DNA of 37,726 nt from an uncultured Gammaproteobacteria bacterium. Its GTDB lineage: Bacteria; Pseudomonadota; Gammaproteobacteria; UBA4575. Positions 1 through 9,126 of the stretch are shown here, in pieces. The notes under the pieces were generated by a model. The model made no database searches. It saw only the letters and a program-made list of their open reading frames with translations, and was not told the DNA's origin. The stretch is taken from positions 1 through 37,726 of the forward strand of contig CAWUWP010000117.1 in assembly GCA_963926275.1 (NCBI GenBank), written 5' to 3'. The stretch's first letter is position 1. Each line of letters begins with the position of its first letter. The translations under genes were made by a program, and so were the position numbers.

Positions 1-4
1 ATGA

Positions 5-535
5 TTATTTGTACTCGTTCAAGTAATCGTTAACTGAGCCATCATATCCAGAGTGAGATTGAGCGCTGATTGAGCTTTTAGTGGCAGCCTTTTGGCTGGA
101 CTTGCTTGATGCCGGTGCACTGCGAGTATCATATTCACCTTTAGCATAATCTTTAATGGAACCGCTGAATCCAGAATGATTATTGGCACTAGACTTCATC
201 ATAGCGACAGCATTGCTACTATGCTCGGAGACATAGTCGTCAGCACTTCCGCTGTAACCCGAATGATTCTTTACGTCTTCGCTAGGGCTCATGCCGTTGC
301 CGGTATGGTCAAGATAGTTTTTTACCGAGCCGCTAAATCCAGAGTGAGAATAGACTGACTTATCTGTATCGTATTTCTGTTTAGAGCTAATCATGCTTTC
401 TGTATCAGGGCTATCAGTGATGGCAGCAATATCAGTTGTAGTCGATGAGCGATCAGCATAATAAAATCCGCCTAACGCTAAAATCGCAATGACTACCAAT
501 ATAATTACTGGTAGATTTGAGTTTGAACTGCTCAT
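5..535 (-). CDS. Membrane-anchored/secreted Ser-rich repeat protein, unknown function
   Basis: 176-aa ORF. N-terminal hydrophobic helix (LPVIILVVIAILALGGFYY). Four spaced copies of HSG[FY]xGSxx[DN]Y (HSGFSGSVKNY, HSGYSGSADDY, HSGFSGSIKDY, HSGYDGSVNDY). No family recognised. Confidence 0.6.
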   Translation of the reverse strand: MSSSNSNLPVIILVVIAILALGGFYYADRSSTTTDIAAITDSPDTESMISSKQKYDTDKSVYSHSGFSGSVKNYLDHTGNGMSPSEDVKNHSGYSGSADDYVSEHSSNAVAMMKSSANNHSGFSGSIKDYAKGEYDTRSAPASSKSSQKAATKSSISAQSHSGYDGSVNDYLNEYK

Positions 536-736
536 TGTGGTGTCTCCAAATGTTATGGGTGATCAAGGTGATCGTTATTATTTATACAGCTTTAAATTCG
601 ATAAGCTAAATGCTACGGATTACCGCACTGCGGGTCAACGTGATCGGTCAACTTTGTGAGCAAAGTGAAATAGTTATTTGTAAATCCCGGATTATCATTG
701 ATGTTATATGCTGTTGCTAGTCTATGTTACTAACCT

Positions 737-1822
737 ATGCTTAGGTCAATGTCTGAGCGCAGTATAATCCACATCGATATGGATGCATTTTATGCATCGG
801 TTGAACAGCGCGATTTTCCTCAATATCGTGGAAAGCCTTTGATTGTTGGGGGCGATCCTAATCATCGCGGAGTGGTGGCAACCTGTAGCTATGAAGCACG
901 TAAATTTGGCATCCATTCCGCCATGGCGTGTGCAATGGCTAAACGCAAATGCCCACATGCAATATTTGTTCAGCCTAGATTCCAGATATATCGCGAAGTT
1001 TCTACTCATATCCAAGATATTTTAAGAAAATATACTGATCTTATTGAGCCATTAGCACTCGATGAGGCATTTCTTGATGTGACTGAACAAATTGTACGAT
1101 CAGGTTCAAGCATGTTGATTGCCAAGGATATTTGCCAGCATATTAAGAGAGAGACGCATCTAACTGCTTCAGCCGGTGTGTCATATAACAAGTTTCTAGC
1201 CAAAATTGCCTCTGACCGAGGTAAACCTGATGGGTTATTTTATGTCTCACCCAAAGAAGGGCCTGAATTTGTGAAAAAACTTACCATTCGTGAATTTTTT
1301 GGAGTGGGCCCAGCCACTGAAGAAAAGATGCAAGGCCTAGGTATTTACACGGGTGCGGATTTAGCCACGTGGGAATTGGAGGCATTGCAGCCAATTTTTG
1401 GTAAATCAGCCGAGTATTATTATAACGCGTCTAGAGGTGTCGATGGTCGAGCAGTGGAAGCTGGCCGTTTACGGAAATCGATCGGAACGGAAGATACCTT
1501 TGAAGTAGATTTACACTTTGAGGATGAAATGCTGGCAGTGTTTGAAACACAAAGCATTGAATTAGAGCAACAGCTGAAGAAATTTGCCGGCACAGGGAAA
1601 ACAGTCACAATCAAAGTGAAATTTTCTGATTTCACGCAAGTGACGCGCAGTCATTCGAGTAAAGTTGGATTTAGAGAGGCAAAATCAATATTGAGTGTGA
1701 TCCCGGCGCTGCTTGAAAGTGCGGTAGTAAAGAATTTGCCAGTACGTTTATTAGGCATATCTATTTCCAATTTAATGCTCGATTCTGAAGCACTCAAGGA
1801 TGAACAGATATCCTTGTGGTAA
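737..1822 (+). CDS. dinB: DNA polymerase IV (Y-family translesion polymerase)
   Basis: IIHIDMDAFYASVEQRD, VGGDP..RGVVATCSYEARKFGI and LSLDEAFLDVT-like (LALDEAFLDVT) motifs over the full ~360 aa. The true start may be the Met at 749 (MSERSIIHID). Confidence 0.93.
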   Translation: MLRSMSERSIIHIDMDAFYASVEQRDFPQYRGKPLIVGGDPNHRGVVATCSYEARKFGIHSAMACAMAKRKCPHAIFVQPRFQIYREVSTHIQDILRKYTDLIEPLALDEAFLDVTEQIVRSGSSMLIAKDICQHIKRETHLTASAGVSYNKFLAKIASDRGKPDGLFYVSPKEGPEFVKKLTIREFFGVGPATEEKMQGLGIYTGADLATWELEALQPIFGKSAEYYYNASRGVDGRAVEAGRLRKSIGTEDTFEVDLHFEDEMLAVFETQSIELEQQLKKFAGTGKTVTIKVKFSDFTQVTRSHSSKVGFREAKSILSVIPALLESAVVKNLPVRLLGISISNLMLDSEALKDEQISLW

Positions 1823-1979
1823 GTATGGCTATAACTGATCAATTTGTCTTACATTTAACCAAAAACAAGTGCCTTTTGTTGTTCTAAAAATGGGCTTGAA
1901 GTATGTTGTTAGTAATGAGTTAGTACTAAAATAATCACAATAATAAGCGATAGATTCAAGCGTAGAGGAGGCCATCACA

Positions 1980-4301
1980 ATGACAGACAGCATTAAAATT
2001 ACGGAAGTCAAAGATCGTATAAAAGTCCCAGAAGGCTTTTCAGTCCACCATTCATTTTGTCCGCATGATTGTCCAGATTCATGTTCAATGTTGGTGACAC
2101 GAGACGATTCCACCGGCAAGGCAGTTCGCGTACAAGGCGACCCAACGCATCCTATTACCCGTGGTTACTTATGTAATAAAGTGAATCACTATCTTGATTT
2201 TGTTTATAACGACAATCGAGTAATGTATCCACATAAGCGTGTTGGACCTAAAGGGCCTGGCGCTAAGTTTGAGCGCATTAGCTGGGATGAAGCATTAGAA
2301 ACCATCACAGATAATTTCAAAGAGACCATCGACAAGTATGGCTCTGAAGCCGTTCAGCCGTATTCTTATTCGGGCACCATGGGCATGGTTGGTTATTGGA
2401 CTATGGACACTCGTTTCTGGAACAAAATGGAAGCAGCGCGTTTAGAGCAATCTATTTGTATCTACGCCGCTATGTGGGCGGGTTTACATACCTATGGTAT
2501 GGCACATGCAAACACGTCAATTCATGAAGCTGCACAAGAAGCAGACTACATTATTCTTTGGGGTGCTAACTTGGTTAGTACTGGCGTTCATGCCATTCCG
2601 TTTATTCGTGAAGCTAAACAACGTGGTGCGAAATTAGTCGTGATTGATCCGCGTCAAACACGGACCACAATGATGGCTGACTGGCACATTCAACCTAAGC
2701 CTGGGACTGATGCAGCATTAGCCTTAGGCATGATGAAAGTGATTGTCGACAAGGGTTTACATGATATTGAATTCATGAAAGAACAAACTATCGGATGGGA
2801 AGCGTTACTAGAAACAAAACTTCCAGATTATCCTCTAGATAAAGTTGAACAAATAACGGGTGTTGCCGCCGCAGATATTGAAAAACTTGCAACTGAATAT
2901 GCATCAGCAAACATTGCAGTCATTCGTGCTAACTACGGACTCAATCGTCATCAAAACTCTGGCCAAATGTGTCGGTCAATATTAATTCTGCCTTGTGTGA
3001 CAGGTTCTTGGAGACATCGTTGTGGCGGTGCTAGTTTTGGCAACCTTGAAGAAATGTGGTTACGCCATGACATGGCTAAATTACATCGTCCAGATTTAGG
3101 TGATCGTGCCTCTAAACGTCAAATAAGCATGGTACAAATTGGACGTGCATTAGATGACAATATTGGTTACGACGGTGAACAGTTGGACCCACCGATCAAG
3201 TCTATCTTTGTCTATAACTCAGATCCTGCCAATTGTGCACCCAATACAAATGGGGTACGCAATGGATTAAATAGAGATGATTTATTCGTCACCGTACATG
3301 AAACATTTTGGACAGATACCTGTGACTACGCAGATATCGTGTTACCTGCTGATACGCAATTAGAAAGACAGGACTTAGTCGCGACTTATGGTAATTGGTA
3401 CTACGTCATGAACGAGCCGGTGATCGAGCCATTAGGCGAGAGTGTGCGCAACTCAGAACTATTCCGCATGTTGGGTAAAAAAATGGGTTACGAGAAAGAT
3501 ACCGATAACGCATTTACGCAAACTGATGAAGAGATCATTCGCGATATCTTGGTTAAAGATGATGTTAATCCTCTTATGGAAGGGATTACATACGAAGGAT
3601 TGAAAAAGAATGGTTGGGCGCGTGCCAATACTGAGTCTGATCGCAGAAACTTCCAGAAGAATGGATGGCCGACTCCCAGCGGCAAAATCGAGATTTTCAG
3701 TGAAGCGCTTAAAGAAGAAGGCATTGATCCATTGCCCTCTTATGTGCCAGAAATTGAAGGTCAAGAAGACCCTATGCGAGATAAGTTCCCACTACAGGTA
3801 CTAAGTAGTGCTTCGCATTACTTCATTGGTGATTCCTTCCAGTCAGTGCCGCGGTTACAAGCAATGCAATCTCGACCAACAGTAGAATTGAGTCCGGAAG
3901 AAGCGGCTAAGCGCAAGATCGAAAATGATGATTTATGTCGTTTGTATAACGATCGTGGTGAGACCTATGCCTATGCAGTCATCATTGAAGGCATGTTGTC
4001 AGGTATGTGTTCTACGCAAAAACAATTCAAGGGAAGTAACACCCCTGGCGGCGTAAACATAAATGCATTGAACTCAGAAATGTTGACTGACTTTGGTAAC
4101 AGTCCGACTTTCTATTCTTGTTTGGTTGAAGTAGAAAAAGCTGATGAGAAAATGCGTAAGCAAGCCTTACTAGAAGAGTGGGGTGGGAAAGATGGGTATA
4201 TTAAGAAATGGCGGGAAGATCCTCGTAATCAGGATATAGAAGCGTCAGATGCAGAGATTTTAGAACAAGCCGAAAAAAATCATCCAGGAGTATTTGAGTA
4301 A
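1980..4301 (+). CDS. Molybdopterin (bis-MGD) oxidoreductase family protein, cytoplasmic, substrate unknown
   Basis: 773 aa. N-terminal 4Fe-4S motif CPHDCPDSC...LCNK. MopB-like core (ILWGANLVSTG, VVIDPRQT, FVYNSDPANCAPN). No twin-arginine leader. GGAGG Shine-Dalgarno at 1966-1970. Confidence 0.85.
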   Translation: MTDSIKITEVKDRIKVPEGFSVHHSFCPHDCPDSCSMLVTRDDSTGKAVRVQGDPTHPITRGYLCNKVNHYLDFVYNDNRVMYPHKRVGPKGPGAKFERISWDEALETITDNFKETIDKYGSEAVQPYSYSGTMGMVGYWTMDTRFWNKMEAARLEQSICIYAAMWAGLHTYGMAHANTSIHEAAQEADYIILWGANLVSTGVHAIPFIREAKQRGAKLVVIDPRQTRTTMMADWHIQPKPGTDAALALGMMKVIVDKGLHDIEFMKEQTIGWEALLETKLPDYPLDKVEQITGVAAADIEKLATEYASANIAVIRANYGLNRHQNSGQMCRSILILPCVTGSWRHRCGGASFGNLEEMWLRHDMAKLHRPDLGDRASKRQISMVQIGRALDDNIGYDGEQLDPPIKSIFVYNSDPANCAPNTNGVRNGLNRDDLFVTVHETFWTDTCDYADIVLPADTQLERQDLVATYGNWYYVMNEPVIEPLGESVRNSELFRMLGKKMGYEKDTDNAFTQTDEEIIRDILVKDDVNPLMEGITYEGLKKNGWARANTESDRRNFQKNGWPTPSGKIEIFSEALKEEGIDPLPSYVPEIEGQEDPMRDKFPLQVLSSASHYFIGDSFQSVPRLQAMQSRPTVELSPEEAAKRKIENDDLCRLYNDRGETYAYAVIIEGMLSGMCSTQKQFKGSNTPGGVNINALNSEMLTDFGNSPTFYSCLVEVEKADEKMRKQALLEEWGGKDGYIKKWREDPRNQDIEASDAEILEQAEKNHPGVFE

Positions 4302-5419
4302 TGGCAAAGCTTGACACATTTAACGATCCGTTTGATTTTCGTATTAGAACGCTTCCGGAGCCTAATCCGGATATTCAAACGTTACGTGTTTTTAGTAATG
4401 AAGGTGTAATTACTAAATTTAATAACTTAACTCATGATACTTATGAGGTAGTGATTACTTGTCCTGAAGGTTCGCATATATTATCTGCGCGAGCTGGTCA
4501 GTACGGCACTATTAAAGTAGAGGGCATGCAAAAACCTCGATCTTACTCATTTGCTAAAACACCGGAGATGGAAAACCCTAATGAGTATTCTTTCTTTATC
4601 CGACTGGTGCCAGGTGGTGAATTATCAGGTTGGTTAGCAGAAAAGAATCGTGAGGGAGAGAAAGTAATTGTTTCAGGGCCAATGGGTAAGTTTGGTTTAG
4701 ATGAGAGCATCAAACCTATTGTTGGTATTGCTGGTGGTTCAGGGATGAGCGCTATCAATGCTATTGCCCAGCAAGTGAAAGTACAAGACATTCCACGTGA
4801 CTTTTATTTCTTCTATGGTGCACGCACACAAAAAGATTTGTACCTGCTTGATGAGCTTAAAGAATATGAGAATAGTTGGCCCGGGGGTAAGTCATTCAAG
4901 TTTATTCCGGTGTTGTCTGAAGAGCCTGATGATAGTGACTGGGAGGGTCCAAGAGGATTTGTGACTCAGTACTTCCAGGAAGAATATCTAAATAAAGGTG
5001 TTGTTACTGCGGATAACACAAAAGCATTTTTCTGCGGCCCACCACCAATGATAGATCATGGAGTGAAAGTGTTAGAAGAAGCAGGTTTATCTAGCGCTGA
5101 TATATACTTTGATAAGTTTGAAGATGCACGTTCCCCAGCACCGGTCATTGATAATGAAATGTGTGTGTTATGTGATGAATGCTTAATGGCTAAGCCAACC
5201 AAGAACTGCATCGTCGAAGCAACTAATTTCAAAGTTAGTGATGGTAAAGTCACCTCATTTGAGCGTGTGAATCCGGGGCATACTTCAGGGTTGTATTACA
5301 ATTCATTATTTATTGATGAGACAGAATGTATTCGCTGCTATGCATGTATTGACGCGTGTCCTCATGATGCAATTTCACCGTCATATGCACAGGTTCCTAT
5401 AACTTTAAGGAAACTTTAA
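4301..5419 (+). CDS. FNR-like FAD/NAD(P)H oxidoreductase fused to a C-terminal dicluster 4Fe-4S ferredoxin domain
   Basis: RSYSFA (RxYS FAD motif), GIAGGSGMS (nucleotide-binding loop), FFCGPPPM. C-terminal CVLCDEC...C and CIRCYACIDACP. The start ATG shares one base with the upstream TAA (TAATG). Confidence 0.8.
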   Translation: MAKLDTFNDPFDFRIRTLPEPNPDIQTLRVFSNEGVITKFNNLTHDTYEVVITCPEGSHILSARAGQYGTIKVEGMQKPRSYSFAKTPEMENPNEYSFFIRLVPGGELSGWLAEKNREGEKVIVSGPMGKFGLDESIKPIVGIAGGSGMSAINAIAQQVKVQDIPRDFYFFYGARTQKDLYLLDELKEYENSWPGGKSFKFIPVLSEEPDDSDWEGPRGFVTQYFQEEYLNKGVVTADNTKAFFCGPPPMIDHGVKVLEEAGLSSADIYFDKFEDARSPAPVIDNEMCVLCDECLMAKPTKNCIVEATNFKVSDGKVTSFERVNPGHTSGLYYNSLFIDETECIRCYACIDACPHDAISPSYAQVPITLRKL

Positions 5420-5457
5420 ACTAACATAATCAACATTAAATAGTTCCTGTGACAATT

Positions 5458-5492
5458 AAAGCTACCTCATATGAATGAAGTAGCTTTTTTTT
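5458..5492 (+). terminator. Rho-independent terminator after the Mo-enzyme/FNR pair
   Basis: aaagctacctca-tatgaa-tgaagtagctt stem-loop followed by a run of T. Confidence 0.7.
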
Positions 5493-5554
5493 AAATTAGT
5501 CTATGAGTCTGATATCTATTTTATAGGATGAAAACAAGTAATCTGGAGAAGTAA

Positions 5555-6466
5555 ATGAAGATTAAAGTTTATCTCGCAGTAGCAATAGTTATGGCCATGG
5601 TCATGATGGCGTGGGTGTCTGCTAAGGAAAGTTCAGATACGTTTGACAAAGGTCTGTTCTGGAAAATAGAAAAAGATGGAGAGTATGTGGGGCACATCTT
5701 TGGCACCTTACATATGAATGATGAACGTATTGGTGTGTTACACGAAAAAGTCAACAAAGTGCTAGACAATTCCAACAGTTTTGCTATGGAAGCATTTCCT
5801 AGTGACCATTATTGGAACCCCTATCAAGGTGGCCAACTGATTAAACATGACATGGTGTTACCTAGAGGTGAAACACTGGATGAATTGGTTGGTAAGAAAA
5901 CTTATGCTGAAATTGAAGATGTATTGAGCGGCTTGGGAATGGAGCCTAAATTCATAAATACGCTAAGACCTTGGGCAGCAATGCGCAGTTTTGCAGTTAA
6001 GGCAAAAACTAATGCGGTGATCCTGGATTATGCATTATTGGAACGAGCAGCTGAGCAAAAGAAAGAACTTTTTCAAGTTGAATCGATCGAAGAATTTATT
6101 GTGACACTTCAAGAGATGCCATTAGAAGCACAAGTCGAATTGCTCAAGTTTACAGTGGCTAGTTATGATGGAATGCATGGCATTATTGATAACATGTTGG
6201 ATGCTTATTTAGATCAAGACCTAAAAGCGATGTATCAAATTAGCACAAGCTTTATTCCTGATGAGCCAGAAAATAAACAATGGCGAGATATCTATCTTAA
6301 GCATGTGATTGAAATAAGAAATATTGTGATGCAGCATTATATGAGAGCGCCAATGCGCTTAAAAGAAACATTCATCGCAGTGGGTGCTGTGCATTTGTAC
6401 GGCGAGAAGGGTGTACTTGCTTTAATAGAAAAAGATGGGTATACCGTTTCACGAGTTGAAATATAA
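5555..6466 (+). CDS. TraB/GumN family protein (secreted)
   Basis: Signal peptide (MKIKVYLAVAIVMAMVMMAWVSA). GTLHM motif near the N-terminus and AVGAVHLYGEKGVLALIEKDGY near the C-terminus, both typical of TraB/GumN. Confidence 0.75.
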   Translation: MKIKVYLAVAIVMAMVMMAWVSAKESSDTFDKGLFWKIEKDGEYVGHIFGTLHMNDERIGVLHEKVNKVLDNSNSFAMEAFPSDHYWNPYQGGQLIKHDMVLPRGETLDELVGKKTYAEIEDVLSGLGMEPKFINTLRPWAAMRSFAVKAKTNAVILDYALLERAAEQKKELFQVESIEEFIVTLQEMPLEAQVELLKFTVASYDGMHGIIDNMLDAYLDQDLKAMYQISTSFIPDEPENKQWRDIYLKHVIEIRNIVMQHYMRAPMRLKETFIAVGAVHLYGEKGVLALIEKDGYTVSRVEI

Positions 6467-6475
6467 ATTAAAATT

Positions 6476-7084
6476 ATGAAGTTAGTCAGATTATCTGTTG
6501 TTATTAGCTTGCTCGCTGCTAGCCAAGCCAGTACTGCCGCCACTAAATTTGTTTCCGATGAATTTGAGATCATGCTGCGCACCGGTCAAAGCACGCAGCA
6601 TGAAATTCGTCGTCAGATAAAAAGTGGTACGCCACTAGTAGTGCTAAAAGAAAGCGATGGTTATACCAAAGTACGCATGCCTAATGGTGTTGAAGGATGG
6701 GTGCTATCACGTTACCTGATGAATCAACCTTCAGGTAGAGATCGCTTAGCCACACTAGAGAAGCGTCATGAAAAGTTAAAAACAAAATTTGATCTTGCTG
6801 TCGCAGAAGAAAAAGCGGCGATGGGACAAGAGATCAATAGACTTCAGGAAATAGCTAAAAGACCATTAGAGCTACAACGTGAAAATGATCAGCTTAATGC
6901 CCAGTTGGTCCAAGAAAAAGATCGTTACGAGAGGCTCGCAGCAGAGACTGAAGTGTTGAAATCACCACTCAAAGATAGAAAGTGGTTTTTCAGTGGCGCG
7001 TTAGTAGTGATTGGCAGCATGATTTTTGGAATCATCCTAACCAGAATCCCATGGCAGCGAAAGAAAAAGTGGAATCAACTCTAA
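6476..7084 (+). CDS. SH3 domain protein, YgiM/TIGR04211-like (signal peptide, SH3b, coiled coil, C-terminal TM anchor)
   Basis: Signal peptide. SH3b-like GYTKVRMPNGVEGWVLSRYL. Coiled-coil middle. C-terminal helix FFSGALVVIGSMIFGIILT followed by basic residues. Confidence 0.75.
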   Translation: MKLVRLSVVISLLAASQASTAATKFVSDEFEIMLRTGQSTQHEIRRQIKSGTPLVVLKESDGYTKVRMPNGVEGWVLSRYLMNQPSGRDRLATLEKRHEKLKTKFDLAVAEEKAAMGQEINRLQEIAKRPLELQRENDQLNAQLVQEKDRYERLAAETEVLKSPLKDRKWFFSGALVVIGSMIFGIILTRIPWQRKKKWNQL

Positions 7085-7162
7085 GAAATTCTTAATGATG
7101 ATTCCTGCGCGGCCGCTATATTTGGCGATCGTACGGGAATCCAATCAATTTATAAATTATTT

Positions 7163-7510
7163 CTAGCAATTAGAGATTACAAAAAACTTCTTAAATGAGC
7201 TTTGGATTGTCCAAGTTGATTTAACGCCTTTATTGAAAGAAATAATATCTCCCGCACTTACGTTAATCGTTTCTCCATGCGTAATTTTAATTGATAGAGT
7301 TCCTTCGATAACGTGGAATATCTCGTCACCTGGAAATTCATAATCAAATGTCATTGGTTCACAGCGCCATAGACCTGAATAAGTCGGCGTACCATTTGAG
7401 TTTTCAGTGGTTAACCAATGGACTTCACCTGCCTGCTTATCGTCGACCATAAAGGCTTCATAAACATCGGATGATAATGATGATTTGCAATAGACAGTGT
7501 CTTTACTCAT
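7163..7510 (-). CDS. Small cupin domain protein (cupin_3/DUF861-like)
   Basis: 115 aa. EIFHVIEGTLSI...GETINVSAGDIISFNKG two-motif cupin beta-barrel pattern. Confidence 0.65.
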   Translation of the reverse strand: MSKDTVYCKSSLSSDVYEAFMVDDKQAGEVHWLTTENSNGTPTYSGLWRCEPMTFDYEFPGDEIFHVIEGTLSIKITHGETINVSAGDIISFNKGVKSTWTIQSSFKKFFVISNC

Positions 7511-7614
7511 AGGTTTTATCTTCAGCTAGTTAGATTTCAAGAGGCATGTGAAGAATTTGAGTTTATCACTGCAATGTAAAGATGTAGAGAAGTGCTTAAA
7601 GAGTGCTGGCAATA

Positions 7615-7992
7615 CTACAAAGGTTTGTAGTATTCAGGATTCATAAAAGCGGTCATCCAATTAGTGTAAAACTGTGGGTTCATGAACACAGTCATGGTGG
7701 CCATCATTTTATTGGGATCAGATACTTTGTTCATCATTGCTGTCCATTGCTCGGGATTGGAAGCGCATGACATCATAATTTGAAGGGTGTCCGGTTGGTT
7801 CATGACTGCCATGAACTCTTTGAATCTCTGTGGATTGGCCATGGTGTTAGCCATTACTTCAGGATCATACAACTCAGGTCGCACACTGCATTGAGGTGAA
7901 AATGATTGAGTCTCGTATTCAGCAAATGCCAATGATAATAACAATGTCTGCACAGCTAATAACGCGAAAAGTCCTGATTTAATGTAACCCAC
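7615..7992 (-). CDS. Secreted Met-rich protein, unknown function
   Basis: GTG start. Signal peptide (LFALLAVQTLLLSLAFA). 15 Met in 125 aa. Repeated M-N-P-type motifs (FMNPQFY, FMNPEYY, MANP, MNQPD). Two Cys. Confidence 0.6.
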   Translation of the reverse strand: MGYIKSGLFALLAVQTLLLSLAFAEYETQSFSPQCSVRPELYDPEVMANTMANPQRFKEFMAVMNQPDTLQIMMSCASNPEQWTAMMNKVSDPNKMMATMTVFMNPQFYTNWMTAFMNPEYYKPL

Positions 7993-8117
7993 TTGCTTCT
8001 TTCATGGATAGTAATTGACCACTATACATTGAATATAAAGTTAGAAGTGTGATTATCTTCAAATGTAAAATGGGGTTACTTGTTATGTAGATGAGACGTT
8101 TAAAAACCCTGATCACT

Positions 8118-8576
8118 TTACCGGGGTCGACGTCTTTTTAGCTGAAAGCTATTGGCGTCAATCACCAACAATTCTTTTTTAGTTAATTCAAATATGGCGC
8201 GCTGGCCAAATGTCTGTGCTAGTTGGCAAGCCTGTGAGCGAGTGAAGCCATAGATTGCAAAACTGTTCTCTTGCCAATCTCCGTTAGAGGAGCGACCGAT
8301 GACCGGCTTAAATTCAAGATTTAATGTTTCGATGTATTCCTATAGAGAGTGATTGCGCAAGTTATTTTCATCATTAGTTAGGATGTTTTCAAATGGATTG
8401 CAGGCAGTAATGATATGAATGGGTGTCTTTAGTGGTAACGCTTGGTTTTGAGCAGCAGACCAATTCATGTTGCTATCTACAATATGAGAACCAATATACA
8501 CATCCCAAATGTCATTATTATTCTGCTTGGAAGTATTCATTGCATTGTGAGTATAGAACAAAGAACTCTGAGCCAT
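8118..8576 (-). pseudogene. DUF3293-like gene interrupted by an in-frame TAG (8340-8342)
   Basis: The listed 78-aa ORF (..IHIITACNPFENILTNDENNLRNHSL*) continues in the same frame after TAG. The continuation reads EYIETLNLEFKPVIGRSSNGDWQENSFAIYGFTRSQACQLAQTFGQRAIFEL.. and stops at 8118-8120. Together the two parts reproduce the ITAxNP...G.S.DG.W.E.S....A..LA..FGQ.AI pattern I associate with DUF3293. Confidence 0.55.
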
Positions 8577-8670
8577 TTATTCTATAACAGTTATAGCTCT
8601 CAACTTGTTAACATCTAATATACGCCTTGCGAATATATTTATTCGTAACTGTGAGAGTAAACTTCAAATA

Positions 8671-9126
8671 TTAGTCCAAAGGAATTTTCAACCTAAACCA
8701 TTTTGTATGGCTTTTCTCCTGGGTAGTATTCACGGATAGGCATTCTTTGCTTTCTACCAGACCTTCTATATCAGGATCTTGTACGCAAAAATGAAACGTG
8801 CTCGTTTTCCAATATACGAATTCGATCGGGCTTTCATTATTTTTAAATTTAAATATTTCTACATCAGTTTTGTCACCGATAGACATGTGCGTAATTGTGA
8901 AGGATCCCCAGCCAGCCCTATATACGTCGAGACACATCTGTCCAATAGGCATTTTGGATTCTTCGGTAATTACCGTTGGCTTCATAATTAGATGCCGACC
9001 CATTACTGAGCTATAAAACTCAACGGCTTTCTCTACATCAGGAACAGAATGCCAATGTGCGAGAAAGTTCTTGGACAGTGACTCATCGTCCTTCTCCTGA
9101 GTAATTGTTAGCGGTTCAATGATCAA
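8671..9126 (-). CDS. VOC (glyoxalase/bleomycin-resistance/dioxygenase) family protein
   Basis: HWHSVPDVEKAVEFYSSVMGRHLIM...VEIFKF...FHFCVQDPDIEGL resembles the paired beta-alpha-beta-beta-beta VOC fold. Non-ATG (TTG) start, and the C-terminus looks short. Confidence 0.5.
   Translation of the reverse strand: MIIEPLTITQEKDDESLSKNFLAHWHSVPDVEKAVEFYSSVMGRHLIMKPTVITEESKMPIGQMCLDVYRAGWGSFTITHMSIGDKTDVEIFKFKNNESPIEFVYWKTSTFHFCVQDPDIEGLVESKECLSVNTTQEKSHTKWFRLKIPLD

Noticed and set aside
536-736. Expected SOS (LexA) box upstream of dinB
   Set aside because: I found no CTGT-N8-ACAG-like 16-mer by eye. The nearest candidates (gttattatttatacag, gctgttgctagtctatg) each lack one half-site. I make no claim.
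1980-2100. Possible Tat signal or selenocysteine in the molybdoenzyme
   Set aside because: The N-terminus (MTDSIKITEVKDRIKVPEG..) has no RRxF motif or hydrophobic h-region, and the ORF has no in-frame TGA. I treat it as cytoplasmic and Sec-free.
7100-7141. Shared short motif cgtacg(a)gggaat here and at 16909-16923, hinting at a REP-like dispersed repeat
   Set aside because: Only about 12 nt are shared, with a gap, which is too short to distinguish from chance without a genome-wide count.
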